Shown here in pieces: positions 1 to 10,213 of a stretch of DNA of 64,000 nt; the first letter of the stretch is position 1, and every line of letters begins with the position of its first letter. Source of the DNA: Alphaproteobacteria bacterium (GTDB lineage: Bacteria > Pseudomonadota > Alphaproteobacteria > CALKHQ01); the NCBI GenBank assembly GCA_965227515.1, contig CBDDFZ010000002.1, positions 512,001 through 576,000 of the forward strand, read 5' to 3'. A model generated the notes under the pieces. The model was not told where the DNA came from. It searched no databases and saw nothing but the letters and a program-made list of their open reading frames with translations. A program made the position numbers and the translations under genes.

Positions 1-978
1 GTTCGGACCGGGCCAGGCCAGCGGGTCGATGTTCCAGGTGTTCTCCTCGTCGGCCATCAGCACGCCGTCGCACAAGCCGACATCCAGCGCCAGCGCGCCG
101 AACGAGGCGCTGCGGCAGACGTCGTCGCGCGCGATATAGAGGCCGGCTGCGGTCACCAGCACCAGCGCAAGCAGCGCGAGCAGCGTCATCACGCCGATGC
201 GGCGGCCCCAGTGGCGCTTGCGCTGGGCGGCAGCAGCGGCGGCGCGCGCTTCGCCCTCCAGGCCGCGCCGGCCACTCTCGCCAGTCTCGCCGGCGTCGCC
301 ATCGTCGGCATCGTCACTGGTGTCGGATGCGTCGTCGTCGGTATCGGCGCCATCCTTAGCCTCAGCAGCCCCGCCGTTTTTGGCAGCCGCGCGGCTCTCC
401 AGTTCGTCGAGGAAGGCGAGATCGCGCTCGGACCCGGCTGTGTACTCGCTCTGCGGCGCCGCGCTGGCGGCGTCGGCATCGGTCGCCGCGGCGGCGCCAG
501 CGGCCAAGCCCGCTGCACCGGCTGCGGTTGCCGCCGGCTGTTCGCCGCGGTCGCCGATCAGGGCCGAGCCCTGGCGCATCTCCGCACCCGCCGCCTCGGC
601 ATGCTGGGTCGCGACCAGCCGGCCCCGCCGCCGCCGCGCGCCGCCAACCGGCGAGGCGATCACCGGCCAGGCGATCTGCGCGTCCTCGACCGCGCCGTGG
701 GGCCCGACCAGGGCCACGGCGATGTTCATGCCGGGCTCCATGTGCGCCACCACCGATGGCCCGACCGACAGCACCAGGGTGTCGCCCTCGACATGGGCGG
801 CATCGGGGGTGAGTTGCGCCTCCGCGCCCTGCCAGCCGGTCGGCCCGAGGGTGTCGTCGGGGTAGCCGGGGCGGCGCACGGTCAGCCGTACGCCGTCGGG
901 CGCGATACGGCCGCCGGCAAAGCACAGCCGTGCGTGCCCGGCCCCGCGGGAGGTGTCTGGTTCAGCCCATGCGCGCAT
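1..978 (-). CDS. Membrane-anchored hypothetical protein downstream of srfC (runs off the left window edge)
   Basis: Not in the ORF track because it has no stop inside the window. Manual translation from ATG at 978 gives MRAWAEPDTSRGAGHARLCF..., an acidic/Ala linker and a TM helix (IGVMTLLALLALVLVTAAGLYIA), open to position 1. Same strand as srfABC. Confidence 0.75.
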   Translation of the reverse strand, partial: MRAWAEPDTSRGAGHARLCFAGGRIAPDGVRLTVRRPGYPDDTLGPTGWQGAEAQLTPDAAHVEGDTLVLSVGPSVVAHMEPGMNIAVALVGPHGAVEDAQIAWPVIASPVGGARRRRGRLVATQHAEAAGAEMRQGSALIGDRGEQPAATAAGAAGLAAGAAAATDADAASAAPQSEYTAGSERDLAFLDELESRAAAKNGGAAEAKDGADTDDDASDTSDDADDGDAGETGESGRRGLEGEARAAAAAAQRKRHWGRRIGVMTLLALLALVLVTAAGLYIARDDVCRSASFGALALDVGLCDGVLMADEENTWNIDPLAWPGPN

Positions 979-1025
979 CTTGCGTCGTCTCTTCCGGCCT
1001 TAGTCTGTTAGTTCAGCTGGCGCTG

Positions 1026-1115
1026 AAGTCTGCGCCAGCCCTCACCCCCACCCGGCCGCCCAATGGTAGTATCCTGTCTGGGTGGCCGGGTGGGGGTGAG
1101 GGCCGGTGCCGACTT
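1026..1115. repeat. Palindromic REP-like element, CCCTC/GAGGG family, copy 1
   Basis: Stem CCCTCACCCCCACCCGGCCGCCCA ... TGGGTGGCCGGGTGGGGGTGAGGG with an AGTATCC loop; related copies at 10114, 25293 and 45474. Confidence 0.85.
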
Positions 1116-1131
1116 GCATGATCATCCCCGG

Positions 1132-3792
1132 TCAATTCACGTGGACGTCGAGGCGTTCCAGAATCTCGCCGAGGCGGCTGTTCTGCTCGAAGTCGATCGC
1201 TTCCTCGCCCTGCATGACGACGTTGTCTTCCACCAGCTTCATGAAAGCGGCAATCCAGTCGACATAATAATCCTGGTCGAACTGTGACGCGGATTCGGCA
1301 AGCTGCGGATAGTCGCCGATCGGCGGCCGTTGCGCGAACACCGCGCGCTGCCCCTCGCCGCCGGTGACCGTGGGCCGCAACGCCTCTTCCTCGTCGTCGA
1401 AGCCCAGATAGTCGACGAAGGTGTTGATGCGGTTGGCCGCCAGCAGGATGACGCGGTCGATCAACTGGTCCCACTTGACGTTGCGGTACTTGGAGTGGTC
1501 GCGCACGCGCCCGGCGATGGCCTTGCGCAGCTCCTGGCGGGTGGCGCCCGACACCAGCTCGTGGATCAGGTTCGACATATCGCCGCGCGGCACGCGGTAA
1601 TAGTCGCCGGCCGAGTGGTCGTCGGCGAGCTTGTTCAGCTTCTCCACCCACAGCTCGACCGAGGCGGTGGCGAAACGGTCGGCCTGGTCGACCGCCCCGT
1701 TGCCGCCTTCGCGGGCGGCCTTGTCGCCATTGAGGCCGAGCGCGGCCAGCATCTGGCCCTTGTCGGCGGCCACGCCAACAGTGATCGCATCGCCGTTGGC
1801 GCCATTGCCGAAGCCTTCGACCCGGTAATAGACGTCCTCCAGGTCCTCTTCCTCGACCTGCAGCGCGCGCAACAGCTCGCCGAAGCGCTGGGCAGAGGCA
1901 CAGCCCACCAGCCGCTCGGCAATCGCCTGGGCCAGCCGGCGCTTCTTCTCGCGCTCCTTCTCCGCGTCGCTGGAGACGTAGAACGGCGCCAGCCGCTCGG
2001 CCAGCCGGTTGCGCCATTCGTTCAGGTCGCCTTCGATCTGCTGGCGCTTCAGGTCCGGATTGCAGACCGGGCGCAGCTTCTCGGCAAGATAGGTGATGCC
2101 GCCGTCGTTCAGCGCGAACGCGGCGTCCCACGCCTCTTGCGGGTTGTCGAAGTGGCGCTTGACCAGCTCGTTGTTGACGTAGGCCTCGCGGAACTTAGCG
2201 ATGCGGTCGGTCTCGCTGTCGCGTAGCCCCAGTTCCTCGAACACGTTCCGTTTCAGCTTCTCGTTATCGTAGTCGAGCAGGTCGGTGGCGGCGATGTTGG
2301 GGTTTCGCATCCAGTACGAGTTGCGGAACGCACCGCGCGCGTCCCACTGGTCGACCCAGCCGTGCCGCTTGCCGAAGAAGTCGACCAGCGAGGCTTGCAG
2401 GCGCGCCGTCCAGCGTTCCGACGGGCTCTCGTCGTCCTCGCGCTTGCCCTTGGCGCGCTCGAACTCGGTGTCGAACTTGGTCAGCACGAAGAACAGCGCG
2501 TTGGTGCGGCGCGTGCGCTCCTGCGGTGTGTCGCCGTGGGTGATGGTGATCCAGTTGTGGATCATGTCGGGCAGCGTCTTGACCTCCTGGTTGCTGGGCC
2601 CGATGCACAGCAGCATGGCGGTCAGTTCGCGCTCGGCGCAATAGCGGTCGAACAGGTAGGCGACCTTGCCGCGCAGGAACAGGTGCTGCAGCATGTCGGC
2701 GTGGCGCTCCAGCTCCTCCGCGATGTTGGGAATCACCTCGCGGGAGCGTGCGCCGGGGAAGTCCAGCAGGTCGGTGTGGTCGAAGAAGTCCCACGGCTTC
2801 TGCTGCACCACGATGCGCAACTCGGCGACGATGGCGGTGATCTCGGAGCGCGGCAACTCGACCGTCGTGCCCTCCGACGTCCGCAGCGCCAGCGTCTCGG
2901 AGCCGTCCTTGCCCAGCCCATAGAGGGTGCGCACATCGATGATGCTTTGCTCGCGCGGCACCAGCGCTTCCATCGGCGCATAGGCCTCCGGCGCGTGGCC
3001 AAGCTGGGCAAGTGCGCCAACCAGCCGCTTGTAGATGCCGCTGAACGAGGGGATGTCGGCCCACAGCAGGCTGAACAGCTCGGCCCGGCCGGCCAGGTCC
3101 AGATTGGGCGCCAGCCTGGCGGCCTGGCTCCAATAGCCGCTACCCAGCGCGCGCAGGCGCGGCGCGGTCGGGAACTGCTTGTCGAAATACTCCTGCAAGT
3201 CGAACACGTCGGCGGCGGTCAGGCTGTCCACCGGCTCCGATGCCGCGCTCTTCGCCAGCGTCGACAGCCGGTCGCGCACCTCCCCCGGCGCCGGGGCCGG
3301 GAACGTGTTCGGGTCGCCGTCGAGGTAGAAGGTGTTGCCGATGATCTTGACGATATCGGTCTGCGACAGCAGACGTAGCTCCACCGGATAGTCCGCGGGC
3401 GCGTTGCCGCCGGGCTGCAGGGTGAAGCGGGTCACCAGGCCGGTCGATTCCTGGCCGCCCTGCGGGTTGATCTGCTCCACGAAGTCGACCGCCTGGCTGC
3501 CGAACTCGGCGATCAGCGGGTCGGTGCCGTTCCGGGCGAGGGCGGAGATCAGGTACGACTTGCCGGCCTGGCTGGGGCCGAACACGCCGACGCACATCGG
3601 GCGGCGCACCGCCACCTCCATCTTGCGCGCGGCGTTGGCGGCCCGGCGCAGGTCGGACAGCAGGGCCTGGCCATCGGCGCCGACGCGCTCGATGTTCGCC
3701 TCCATCCAGTCGATGGCGGATTCGGCCGCCTCTGCAGTGTCGTGGCAGTTCTGCGCGGCGAGTTCGTTCTCGGGGCTGGTCAGTGCGGTCAT
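1132..3792 (-). CDS. srfC: Virulence factor SrfC family protein (P-loop GTPase-like)
   Basis: 886 aa; Walker A VGVFGPSQAGKSYLIS, GGQESTGLVTRFT, DLLDFPGARSRE, VLTKFD; directly downstream of srfB. Confidence 0.9.
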   Translation of the reverse strand: MTALTSPENELAAQNCHDTAEAAESAIDWMEANIERVGADGQALLSDLRRAANAARKMEVAVRRPMCVGVFGPSQAGKSYLISALARNGTDPLIAEFGSQAVDFVEQINPQGGQESTGLVTRFTLQPGGNAPADYPVELRLLSQTDIVKIIGNTFYLDGDPNTFPAPAPGEVRDRLSTLAKSAASEPVDSLTAADVFDLQEYFDKQFPTAPRLRALGSGYWSQAARLAPNLDLAGRAELFSLLWADIPSFSGIYKRLVGALAQLGHAPEAYAPMEALVPREQSIIDVRTLYGLGKDGSETLALRTSEGTTVELPRSEITAIVAELRIVVQQKPWDFFDHTDLLDFPGARSREVIPNIAEELERHADMLQHLFLRGKVAYLFDRYCAERELTAMLLCIGPSNQEVKTLPDMIHNWITITHGDTPQERTRRTNALFFVLTKFDTEFERAKGKREDDESPSERWTARLQASLVDFFGKRHGWVDQWDARGAFRNSYWMRNPNIAATDLLDYDNEKLKRNVFEELGLRDSETDRIAKFREAYVNNELVKRHFDNPQEAWDAAFALNDGGITYLAEKLRPVCNPDLKRQQIEGDLNEWRNRLAERLAPFYVSSDAEKEREKKRRLAQAIAERLVGCASAQRFGELLRALQVEEEDLEDVYYRVEGFGNGANGDAITVGVAADKGQMLAALGLNGDKAAREGGNGAVDQADRFATASVELWVEKLNKLADDHSAGDYYRVPRGDMSNLIHELVSGATRQELRKAIAGRVRDHSKYRNVKWDQLIDRVILLAANRINTFVDYLGFDDEEEALRPTVTGGEGQRAVFAQRPPIGDYPQLAESASQFDQDYYVDWIAAFMKLVEDNVVMQGEEAIDFEQNSRLGEILERLDVHVN

Positions 3793-3796
3793 GAGC

Positions 3797-6700
3797 TCAT
3801 CTTATGTTGAAGATGCCGGTGTCGAGCCAGTAGCCCGCCTCCGACTTCAAGGTCTGCAGCCGCAACTCCAGATCGGACTCGCGGAACGGCGTGTTGTCCG
3901 CATCCACGATGTCGATGATTTCGAAGTCGCCTTCGGTCTCTTCGTCCTGGTCGCCGTCCTGGTCGCGCATCGCCACGGTCACCTTCAGCGGCATCTTGGC
4001 TTCCTTGCGGATGCGCGGATTGGCGTAGTCCAGCCAGTAGAGCGGCTTGCCTGGCCAGCGCTCCACCGGCAACTGGCGGAAGCCGATGAAGGTGGGCGCC
4101 TCGAAGGTGAAGGTGGCCTGCGGCGGTGCGCCGGTGTGGTTGTCCAGGTCCAGTTCCTTGAACATCAGCTTGTCGTTGCGCAGCTCGCCGGTGCGCTCCA
4201 TCTCGCCGATGAAGCGCGCGGTGGAGCGCATGCGCAGCGCCGAGCTGCGGAACGAGAACGCCTCGATATCGCCCTCGCCGAGCGCGCACAGCATGGCGCC
4301 GACGACGGCGGTGGTCTTCGGATCGTTGATCCGCCCGTGGACGTCGCGGAAAGGATACCAACTGCCCACCCGGTACTGGTGCATGGCGACGATGCGGTCG
4401 GCCGCCACCGGCAGCTTCGCCATCACCGAGGCCTGGATCGCCGGGAACCGCGACGGCCGGCCGGAGAGCAGCAGCACGTCGCAATCGTACAGGTGCACGA
4501 TCTCCGACATGTCGGCGAGCACCTGGCCGATGACGCCGCGAATGGTCGCGTCGATGGCGGCCAAATTGACCGGGATCTGCAGGTCGGCGAGCGAAAAATC
4601 CTCCGCGCCCACATCGCGCGCCGCATCGGCCAGGTACCGCATGAACGGGTCGTCGTCGGTCGGCTCCGGCATGTCGTCGAAGAACTGGCCGAAGGTCCAG
4701 CTGTCCACCTTGTTGCCTTCGATCGGGCGGTAGCTCTCGTATTCGGTCAACAGCTTGAGGCCGATCGGCACCGCCACCCGGTTGGCGAACTGGCGCCTCA
4801 GCGTACGGTCGCGCTCCGACTGGTCGCCCCAGTCGCCGCCGAAAAGCTGGGTGATCAGGGTGCGCGCGTTGCCGACGCCGGCCTCTTCCAGGCCGTGGGT
4901 CACCGCCGGCATCACGTGGCGCTCGATCACCGCGCACAACAGGTCGTCGCCGGCGATGTTGAAGCCCTCGCGGAACTCCTGGTGCGGCATCACCGTGCGG
5001 TCGCCATCCAGGCGGTAGGTGGTGATGATAAGGTCGGTGGTGCCGCCGCCGATGTCGATGCTGGCGACCCGCAGGCTGGGCGCCTCGCTCGGCCCCTCGT
5101 CCGCCACCTGGATGCGGCTGGTCACCCGGGCGGCGGGCCGGCTGGCGGCCACCGGGCGGTTGCGGCCCATGATGCCGAAGAAGCCGCGGATATCACCCTG
5201 GAACTTCTGCGCCACCTCCGAATAGAGGTAGACCATCTGGGTGCAGCTCGCCTCGTCCCAGTCCAGCAGCACCTTGGGCGGGCGCGGGTGGTTGGGGTTC
5301 GACCCGTCCCAGCCCAGCGACGACCACAACAGGCGCACGGCGGCGTCGGCGCGCACCCGCAGGATGTCGCGCTCGGCCTTCGGCATCGCCGTCGGCATGG
5401 TCATGATCACCCGGTCGAGCTGGCGGGGTACGTCCTCATAGGGCCGCTTGCCGCGCTGCTCGGCGGAATTCACCATGGTCAGCGCCTGCAAGATGATCTC
5501 CGACAGCACGAAGATCATCATCGAGGAGCGCGAGAACTTGGAGCGCAGCGCCGGCACCCGGGCGGTATCGGGCAGCTTCGGGTCGTCCAGCGGGTGGCCG
5601 TCCTCGTTCATCTGCTGCACGAAGATGCCGGTGGTCACCGGCGGCTCGAACCCGCGGTCGCCATTGGTGCCATTGGCGCCACTGCTGCCCGGTGCTGCGA
5701 GCCCGTTGAACCGCCAGTCCTGGTTGCGCGGCCGGCCGTCCCACAAATAGCGCTTCGGGCTCGACATGCCGGTCGCACCCTCGGTGCCCTTGGCATGACA
5801 CGCCAGCCACGCCGCTTCCGGACCCACACGCGCGACCAGCGGCCAGTTGAAGGCGTTGGGCCGGCCGGATCGGCGCGACAGGTGATCGCGCCCGAAATTC
5901 GGCTTGGCGAATTCGATGCGGCTCTCGAACGGGCGGTTGTAGGTCTGGTGCGGGCGGCAGAGGTCGCGCAGCTCGAGCACATAGGAGTTATTGAGGTCGA
6001 TGTTATCGTCGGGATCGGCCTCGATCAGGATGCCGCAGGTCCGCGAATTGCCGACGTCGAGCACGAGGTCGACGTTGATCGGCCGGTACTTGCGCGGCCG
6101 GGTATCGGTGTCGACAAGCTGGATGCGCGGGAACATCTCCAGGTCGGCCAGCACCTGCAACAGCGTCAGATAGCGCGCATAGTGCTCGCAGGCCCACTGC
6201 AGGTCGTTCTCGTCCACCGGACGGCCGCCGCGCAGGCGCCGCCGGTAGTCGATGAACAGCTCATAGAGCCACTCGTCGACCCAGTCCTCGGTCAGGAACC
6301 AGGAGTTGTCGCGGTCGTCGTGGGAGAGCGCGAACACCTGGCCGGAGCGTGCGTCCTCCGGCGAGGGCGTGAGGTAGGGCGCGCCGTCGTCGGCTTCGGT
6401 CAGCTCGGTGTCGAAGGCGAGCGTCAGCCGGTAGGTGTTGCCGTCGCGGTCGGGCGCGTCGAGCTGCACGATGCGCACCCGCGCCCAGTTGGCGGGCCCG
6501 CGCGCGAACACCGGCCGGTCATCGACCGCCTTCTCGCGGATGCGCAGATAGGGGATCGGGATCCACTGGTCGAGATAGACCTCCAGCGCGCGGTCGGCGT
6601 TGATCACGTAGCTGGGCTCGATCTCGCGCCGGTCCTCGTCCTTGGTCACATAGGCCCGGGTCTGCGCATCGCGCTCCAGGCAATGCAGGTTGACCGGCAC

Positions 6701-6880
6701 GTCCTCGCCGGTGCCGACCGCCTCTTCCCAGAACGCGCGGCTGGTGCGCGCGACGGTGTCGAGCGAAAAGCCGAAGTCGAGGAACTGGATGCCGCTGCGC
6801 GGGATAAGGCTGGTCAAACGGCGATACGCCGGAACCGTCTTGAGCATGTTCACGCTGCTGGGTGTTGCCGTCTCTGCCAA
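3797..6880 (-). CDS. srfB: Virulence factor SrfB family protein (Hsp70/actin-like ATPase fold)
   Basis: SGIQFLDFGF N-terminal motif, VDLVLDVGNSRTCGILIE, SSPKRYLWD, WDEASCTQ, SIDIGGGTTDL, LLLSGRPSRFP, YWLDTG C-terminus. Start is either TTG 6880 or ATG 6847. Confidence 0.92.
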   Translation of the reverse strand: MAETATPSSVNMLKTVPAYRRLTSLIPRSGIQFLDFGFSLDTVARTSRAFWEEAVGTGEDVPVNLHCLERDAQTRAYVTKDEDRREIEPSYVINADRALEVYLDQWIPIPYLRIREKAVDDRPVFARGPANWARVRIVQLDAPDRDGNTYRLTLAFDTELTEADDGAPYLTPSPEDARSGQVFALSHDDRDNSWFLTEDWVDEWLYELFIDYRRRLRGGRPVDENDLQWACEHYARYLTLLQVLADLEMFPRIQLVDTDTRPRKYRPINVDLVLDVGNSRTCGILIEADPDDNIDLNNSYVLELRDLCRPHQTYNRPFESRIEFAKPNFGRDHLSRRSGRPNAFNWPLVARVGPEAAWLACHAKGTEGATGMSSPKRYLWDGRPRNQDWRFNGLAAPGSSGANGTNGDRGFEPPVTTGIFVQQMNEDGHPLDDPKLPDTARVPALRSKFSRSSMMIFVLSEIILQALTMVNSAEQRGKRPYEDVPRQLDRVIMTMPTAMPKAERDILRVRADAAVRLLWSSLGWDGSNPNHPRPPKVLLDWDEASCTQMVYLYSEVAQKFQGDIRGFFGIMGRNRPVAASRPAARVTSRIQVADEGPSEAPSLRVASIDIGGGTTDLIITTYRLDGDRTVMPHQEFREGFNIAGDDLLCAVIERHVMPAVTHGLEEAGVGNARTLITQLFGGDWGDQSERDRTLRRQFANRVAVPIGLKLLTEYESYRPIEGNKVDSWTFGQFFDDMPEPTDDDPFMRYLADAARDVGAEDFSLADLQIPVNLAAIDATIRGVIGQVLADMSEIVHLYDCDVLLLSGRPSRFPAIQASVMAKLPVAADRIVAMHQYRVGSWYPFRDVHGRINDPKTTAVVGAMLCALGEGDIEAFSFRSSALRMRSTARFIGEMERTGELRNDKLMFKELDLDNHTGAPPQATFTFEAPTFIGFRQLPVERWPGKPLYWLDYANPRIRKEAKMPLKVTVAMRDQDGDQDEETEGDFEIIDIVDADNTPFRESDLELRLQTLKSEAGYWLDTGIFNIR

Positions 6881-7011
6881 TTGGCAATCCTACTCGTCTA
6901 ATATGGCGGTGCTAAGGCGCAGGCACCACCGGCCCGACGCGACACCGCTCTATATGGTACGCCGATCCGCGCGATGATGCTCTTTTTCCGCGGGTCGACC
7001 GTTGCGGGAGC

Positions 7012-8520
7012 CTACCGGCTGAACAGCGGCACCGGGTATTCGCCGCCGCCGGCCTGCTGGCCGGTGCAAGATGCGATGCCGTCGTCGCCGATCATGCACA
7101 CCACCTCCGAGCGTTCGAATTCGGTGCCGTCGGAGCACTGCGGATGGTCGCGCTCCTGGATCACGATCATGTCAGGGCTCAGGAACGCGGCGTCCACGTC
7201 CGCCTCGCAGATGGTGCCGTCTTCCAGGTTCAGGCGCGAGCGGCCGCTGCCATCCGGCCCAAAGTCGTACTCGATCACCAGATCGTTGCCGTTGCCCTGG
7301 TCCATCAGCGCCCGCCCGGTGTGCCAGTCGCCCTGCAAGGCGGCGATGTCCATCGCCTCGCGGTCCTCGGCATCGACAACCAGGGGATCGCCTTCGGGTT
7401 CCTGGTCGGTCGCGGCATCTTCGTCCGGCGGGACCGTCGGATCGTCGAGGTCGTTGGCGGCGGTGTCGATATCCGGGTCGATATCCGGCTCCACATCCAC
7501 GGGACGATCGGGCCGGTCGATGCGGTCGATGTCGATGCCGCCGGGCCGGGTGACGATCTCCGGATCGCGGTCAATGGTGGCAACGTCCGGCGGGTCGGGC
7601 GCGACGATATCGGGGCGCGGCGGCGGATCGGCGCGCGGCGGCAGTGGCTGCAACGGCAGTGGACACGCGGCCAGCGCGTCCTGGTAGCGTTGGTCCAGGC
7701 TGGCCAGTTCCACCAGCAGCTCGCGCTCGCGCTCCTGCGCGACCAGCAGGGGGGTGTTGTCGGCCGGCGGCGGCCCGGCGCCGTTCGAGCCCGATGGCGG
7801 GGTCGCCGGGCCATTGCCCGCGCCGCCATTACCCGCCACGACCGGCCCTTCCTCGCTCGGGCCGTCGAGCCAGGCCAGGCCGGGCACGTCGACGCCGAAC
7901 GCCGCCTTCAGCAACAGGGCAGCGGCCAGCAGGAAGATCAGCAGTGCGGCCAGCCACATCAGCCAGCGCCAGTCGAATCCGGCCCGAGCGACAGCGACGG
8001 GTGCGGCGGCGGCGGCTACCGGGGCAGGGGCCGCGGCGACCGAGCCGATGCCGTGCAGCGGCGTTGACGCGGCCACGCCGGAGCGCCGGTTGAAGCCCCA
8101 AAACGTCACCACCGGCTGGTCGCCGACCAGGAAGATGCGGTTGGCGTCGGCGGTTTGCAGCGCCAGCGCGATCAGCTGGCCGAGCGCCTGGTCGCTCTCG
8201 TTGGCGCTGGCCTGCATGGTCTTGGAGAGCGCGTCGAGTTCGGTGCTGAGCTCGGCGAGCCGCGCCTGGGCGGCGGTCGCCTGCTCCGGCGAGGTAGCGT
8301 CCAGCCGCGCGCCTTCACCCGATACCGGCGAATACCAGTCGATCCGGTTGTCCTGATCGTGGCGCACCGGTTCGGCGAAGATGTCGGCATGCGCCTGGCT
8401 CAGCCGTGCCGCCACCACCGCGCGCAACTGCGGATACAGCGTGTGCACCGGCCGGCCGAACGCACCCAGCTCTTGCAGGTCGCCGACCGACCCGAAGTCG
8501 AGACGTTGTCGTTCACTCAT
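7012..8520 (-). CDS. srfA: SrfA family protein, paralogue 1
   Basis: LQELGAFGRPV...FAEP...IDWYS and IFLVGDQPVVTFWGF motifs; single TM helix, Pro/Asp-rich stalk, Cys-containing C-terminal domain; upstream of srfB. Confidence 0.85.
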   Translation of the reverse strand: MSERQRLDFGSVGDLQELGAFGRPVHTLYPQLRAVVAARLSQAHADIFAEPVRHDQDNRIDWYSPVSGEGARLDATSPEQATAAQARLAELSTELDALSKTMQASANESDQALGQLIALALQTADANRIFLVGDQPVVTFWGFNRRSGVAASTPLHGIGSVAAAPAPVAAAAAPVAVARAGFDWRWLMWLAALLIFLLAAALLLKAAFGVDVPGLAWLDGPSEEGPVVAGNGGAGNGPATPPSGSNGAGPPPADNTPLLVAQERERELLVELASLDQRYQDALAACPLPLQPLPPRADPPPRPDIVAPDPPDVATIDRDPEIVTRPGGIDIDRIDRPDRPVDVEPDIDPDIDTAANDLDDPTVPPDEDAATDQEPEGDPLVVDAEDREAMDIAALQGDWHTGRALMDQGNGNDLVIEYDFGPDGSGRSRLNLEDGTICEADVDAAFLSPDMIVIQERDHPQCSDGTEFERSEVVCMIGDDGIASCTGQQAGGGEYPVPLFSR

Positions 8521-8541
8521 GGATGCGATTCCGTCCGTCCC

Positions 8542-9969
8542 CTATTGGAGACAATGGGCCGGCACTGCTTGCTGGCCTGTGGCACGCCGCAACATATCGG
8601 TCAAGCCCGGACCGCCTTCCGGCCGCACCAGGATGCCGCCGGTGATGTTCGCGATGCACTGCACATTCGCGGCACCGGAAAGGTCGATCACGTTGATGGT
8701 GAGGCCGGGGAAGGCGCTCTTCAGCGCCTGGGCGACGGCGCACGGATTGCCGCCGCAGGAGTCCTCGCCGTCGGTCACCACCACCATGTAGGCCGGGTCG
8801 CTGTACGACCGGCCGCCGCGGATCAGGCCGCCGGCCGCTGCCATGGCGTCCGCCAGCGGGGTGCCCTGGCCGGTGCGGATGCCGCTCAGCCGGCTCATCA
8901 ACACGCCGCGCGCCGGCGGCGAGAAGTAACCGTAGTCGCGGATGTCGCGGCAGTCCTGGAAGGTGACCAGACCGACATCGACGTCGGCGGGCGCGTTGCG
9001 GATGGCGCCGGCAATCGCTTCGCGGGCGCGGGAGATGCGGCTGGGGCCATTCGGCTGGGTCATGAGTTGCGCCAGCATGCCGCCGACGTTGCCGCCGAGC
9101 TGCAGGCCCTGGCCGCGCTGGCCATAGGGAATGTCCATGCTGCCGGAGGCATCGAGCACGAACAGCACCTCCGGCGCCTCCTCCGGCGGGCGGATCGGCG
9201 GACACCCGGGCGGCACCGGCTGGGTCGACGTCGGCGTCGGTGTCGGGGCCTGGGTCGGTTCCGTCGGCACCGGTGCGGGCGGCGGATCGGCGGCCGCGAC
9301 CACCACCGGCGGTGGCGGCGGCGGATTCGGGTCCTCGTAGCGCTCCGGCATCATCACCGGGGTCGGCGGAGGCGGAGGTGGCGGCGGTGCTGCGGCCACC
9401 TCGGGCGCGGGCGGCGGTGCCGGGGGATCGGGCTCGACCGGGGTGTCGGCCAGCGCGATCACGACGGACTCGTCGCGTTCCGGCTCAACCGGCGGCTCTT
9501 CTTCAACGGGCTCTGCGGGCGGCTCGGGCGCCTCGGCGACCTGCGGCTCCTCCGGCGGGTCTTCTGGCTCGTCTTCGGGCGGGGGTGCCGTCGGCGGTTC
9601 CGGCGGCGGGGTTGCCTCGGCGACCTGCGGCGGCGGCGGGTCCTCGGGCACGCAGACCCGGCGTTCGTTGAGCAGGCTCCAGCGCAGGCGCGACAGTTCC
9701 TCGGCCAGCGCGGCCTCCTGGCCCTTGGCGCTGTCCAGGGCGGTCATCGCGACCTGATGCAGTATCGCGGCCTCGGCCTCGATCGCCGCCTGGATCTCGG
9801 CGGCCTCGCGCGCCTGGCGCGCTTCCTCGGCGCGGTCCAGCGCAAGCTGCTCCTGCCGCTCGGCCTCTTCCTGGTCGGCCATCACCTTCAGGCCAACGGC
9901 GGCGCCGCCGGCCAGCACAAGTGCTGCCATGCCGGCCCAGGCCGGCCACGGCACACCGTTGCGGCTCAT
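8542..9969 (-). CDS. Membrane-anchored von Willebrand factor A domain protein with Pro-rich stalk
   Basis: N-terminal TM, coiled coil, poly-Pro/Glu stalk; MIDAS VLDASGSM, GTPLADA, VVTDGEDSCGGNPC. Confidence 0.88.
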   Translation of the reverse strand: MSRNGVPWPAWAGMAALVLAGGAAVGLKVMADQEEAERQEQLALDRAEEARQAREAAEIQAAIEAEAAILHQVAMTALDSAKGQEAALAEELSRLRWSLLNERRVCVPEDPPPPQVAEATPPPEPPTAPPPEDEPEDPPEEPQVAEAPEPPAEPVEEEPPVEPERDESVVIALADTPVEPDPPAPPPAPEVAAAPPPPPPPPTPVMMPERYEDPNPPPPPPVVVAAADPPPAPVPTEPTQAPTPTPTSTQPVPPGCPPIRPPEEAPEVLFVLDASGSMDIPYGQRGQGLQLGGNVGGMLAQLMTQPNGPSRISRAREAIAGAIRNAPADVDVGLVTFQDCRDIRDYGYFSPPARGVLMSRLSGIRTGQGTPLADAMAAAGGLIRGGRSYSDPAYMVVVTDGEDSCGGNPCAVAQALKSAFPGLTINVIDLSGAANVQCIANITGGILVRPEGGPGLTDMLRRATGQQAVPAHCLQ

Positions 9970-10113
9970 GACCGGTCTCCGGTCTCGGCGTGATGCATGC
10001 GGCTCTTGTCCATGGCGATCACAATCCTGCTATCCGCCCAATCGAGCCCGGTCCGCCGCCGCCCGGGCCTGAGGGGAATGATGGGCCTCTACTCTTTAGC
10101 CAGCTTGCGCTGG

Positions 10114-10198
10114 AGTCTGCGCCAGCCCTCTCCCCCACCCGGCCGCCCAACAACAGTATCCTGCCTGGGTGGCCGGGTGGGGGAGAGGGCCGGCGCCG
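10114..10198. repeat. Palindromic REP-like element, CCCTC/GAGGG family, copy 2
   Basis: CCCTCTCCCCCACCCGGCCGCCCA ... TGGGTGGCCGGGTGGGGGAGAGGG, loop CAGTATCCTG. Confidence 0.85.
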
Positions 10199-10213
10199 AA
10201 TGAACCAAAATTC

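Noticed and set aside
3404-6901. 1165-aa plus-strand ORF and many other long antisense ORFs (e.g. 8155-9993, 10169-12055, 35020-36909, 37648-39483)
   Set aside because: Shadow ORFs opposite well-supported genes, expected at this GC content; no recognisable motifs.
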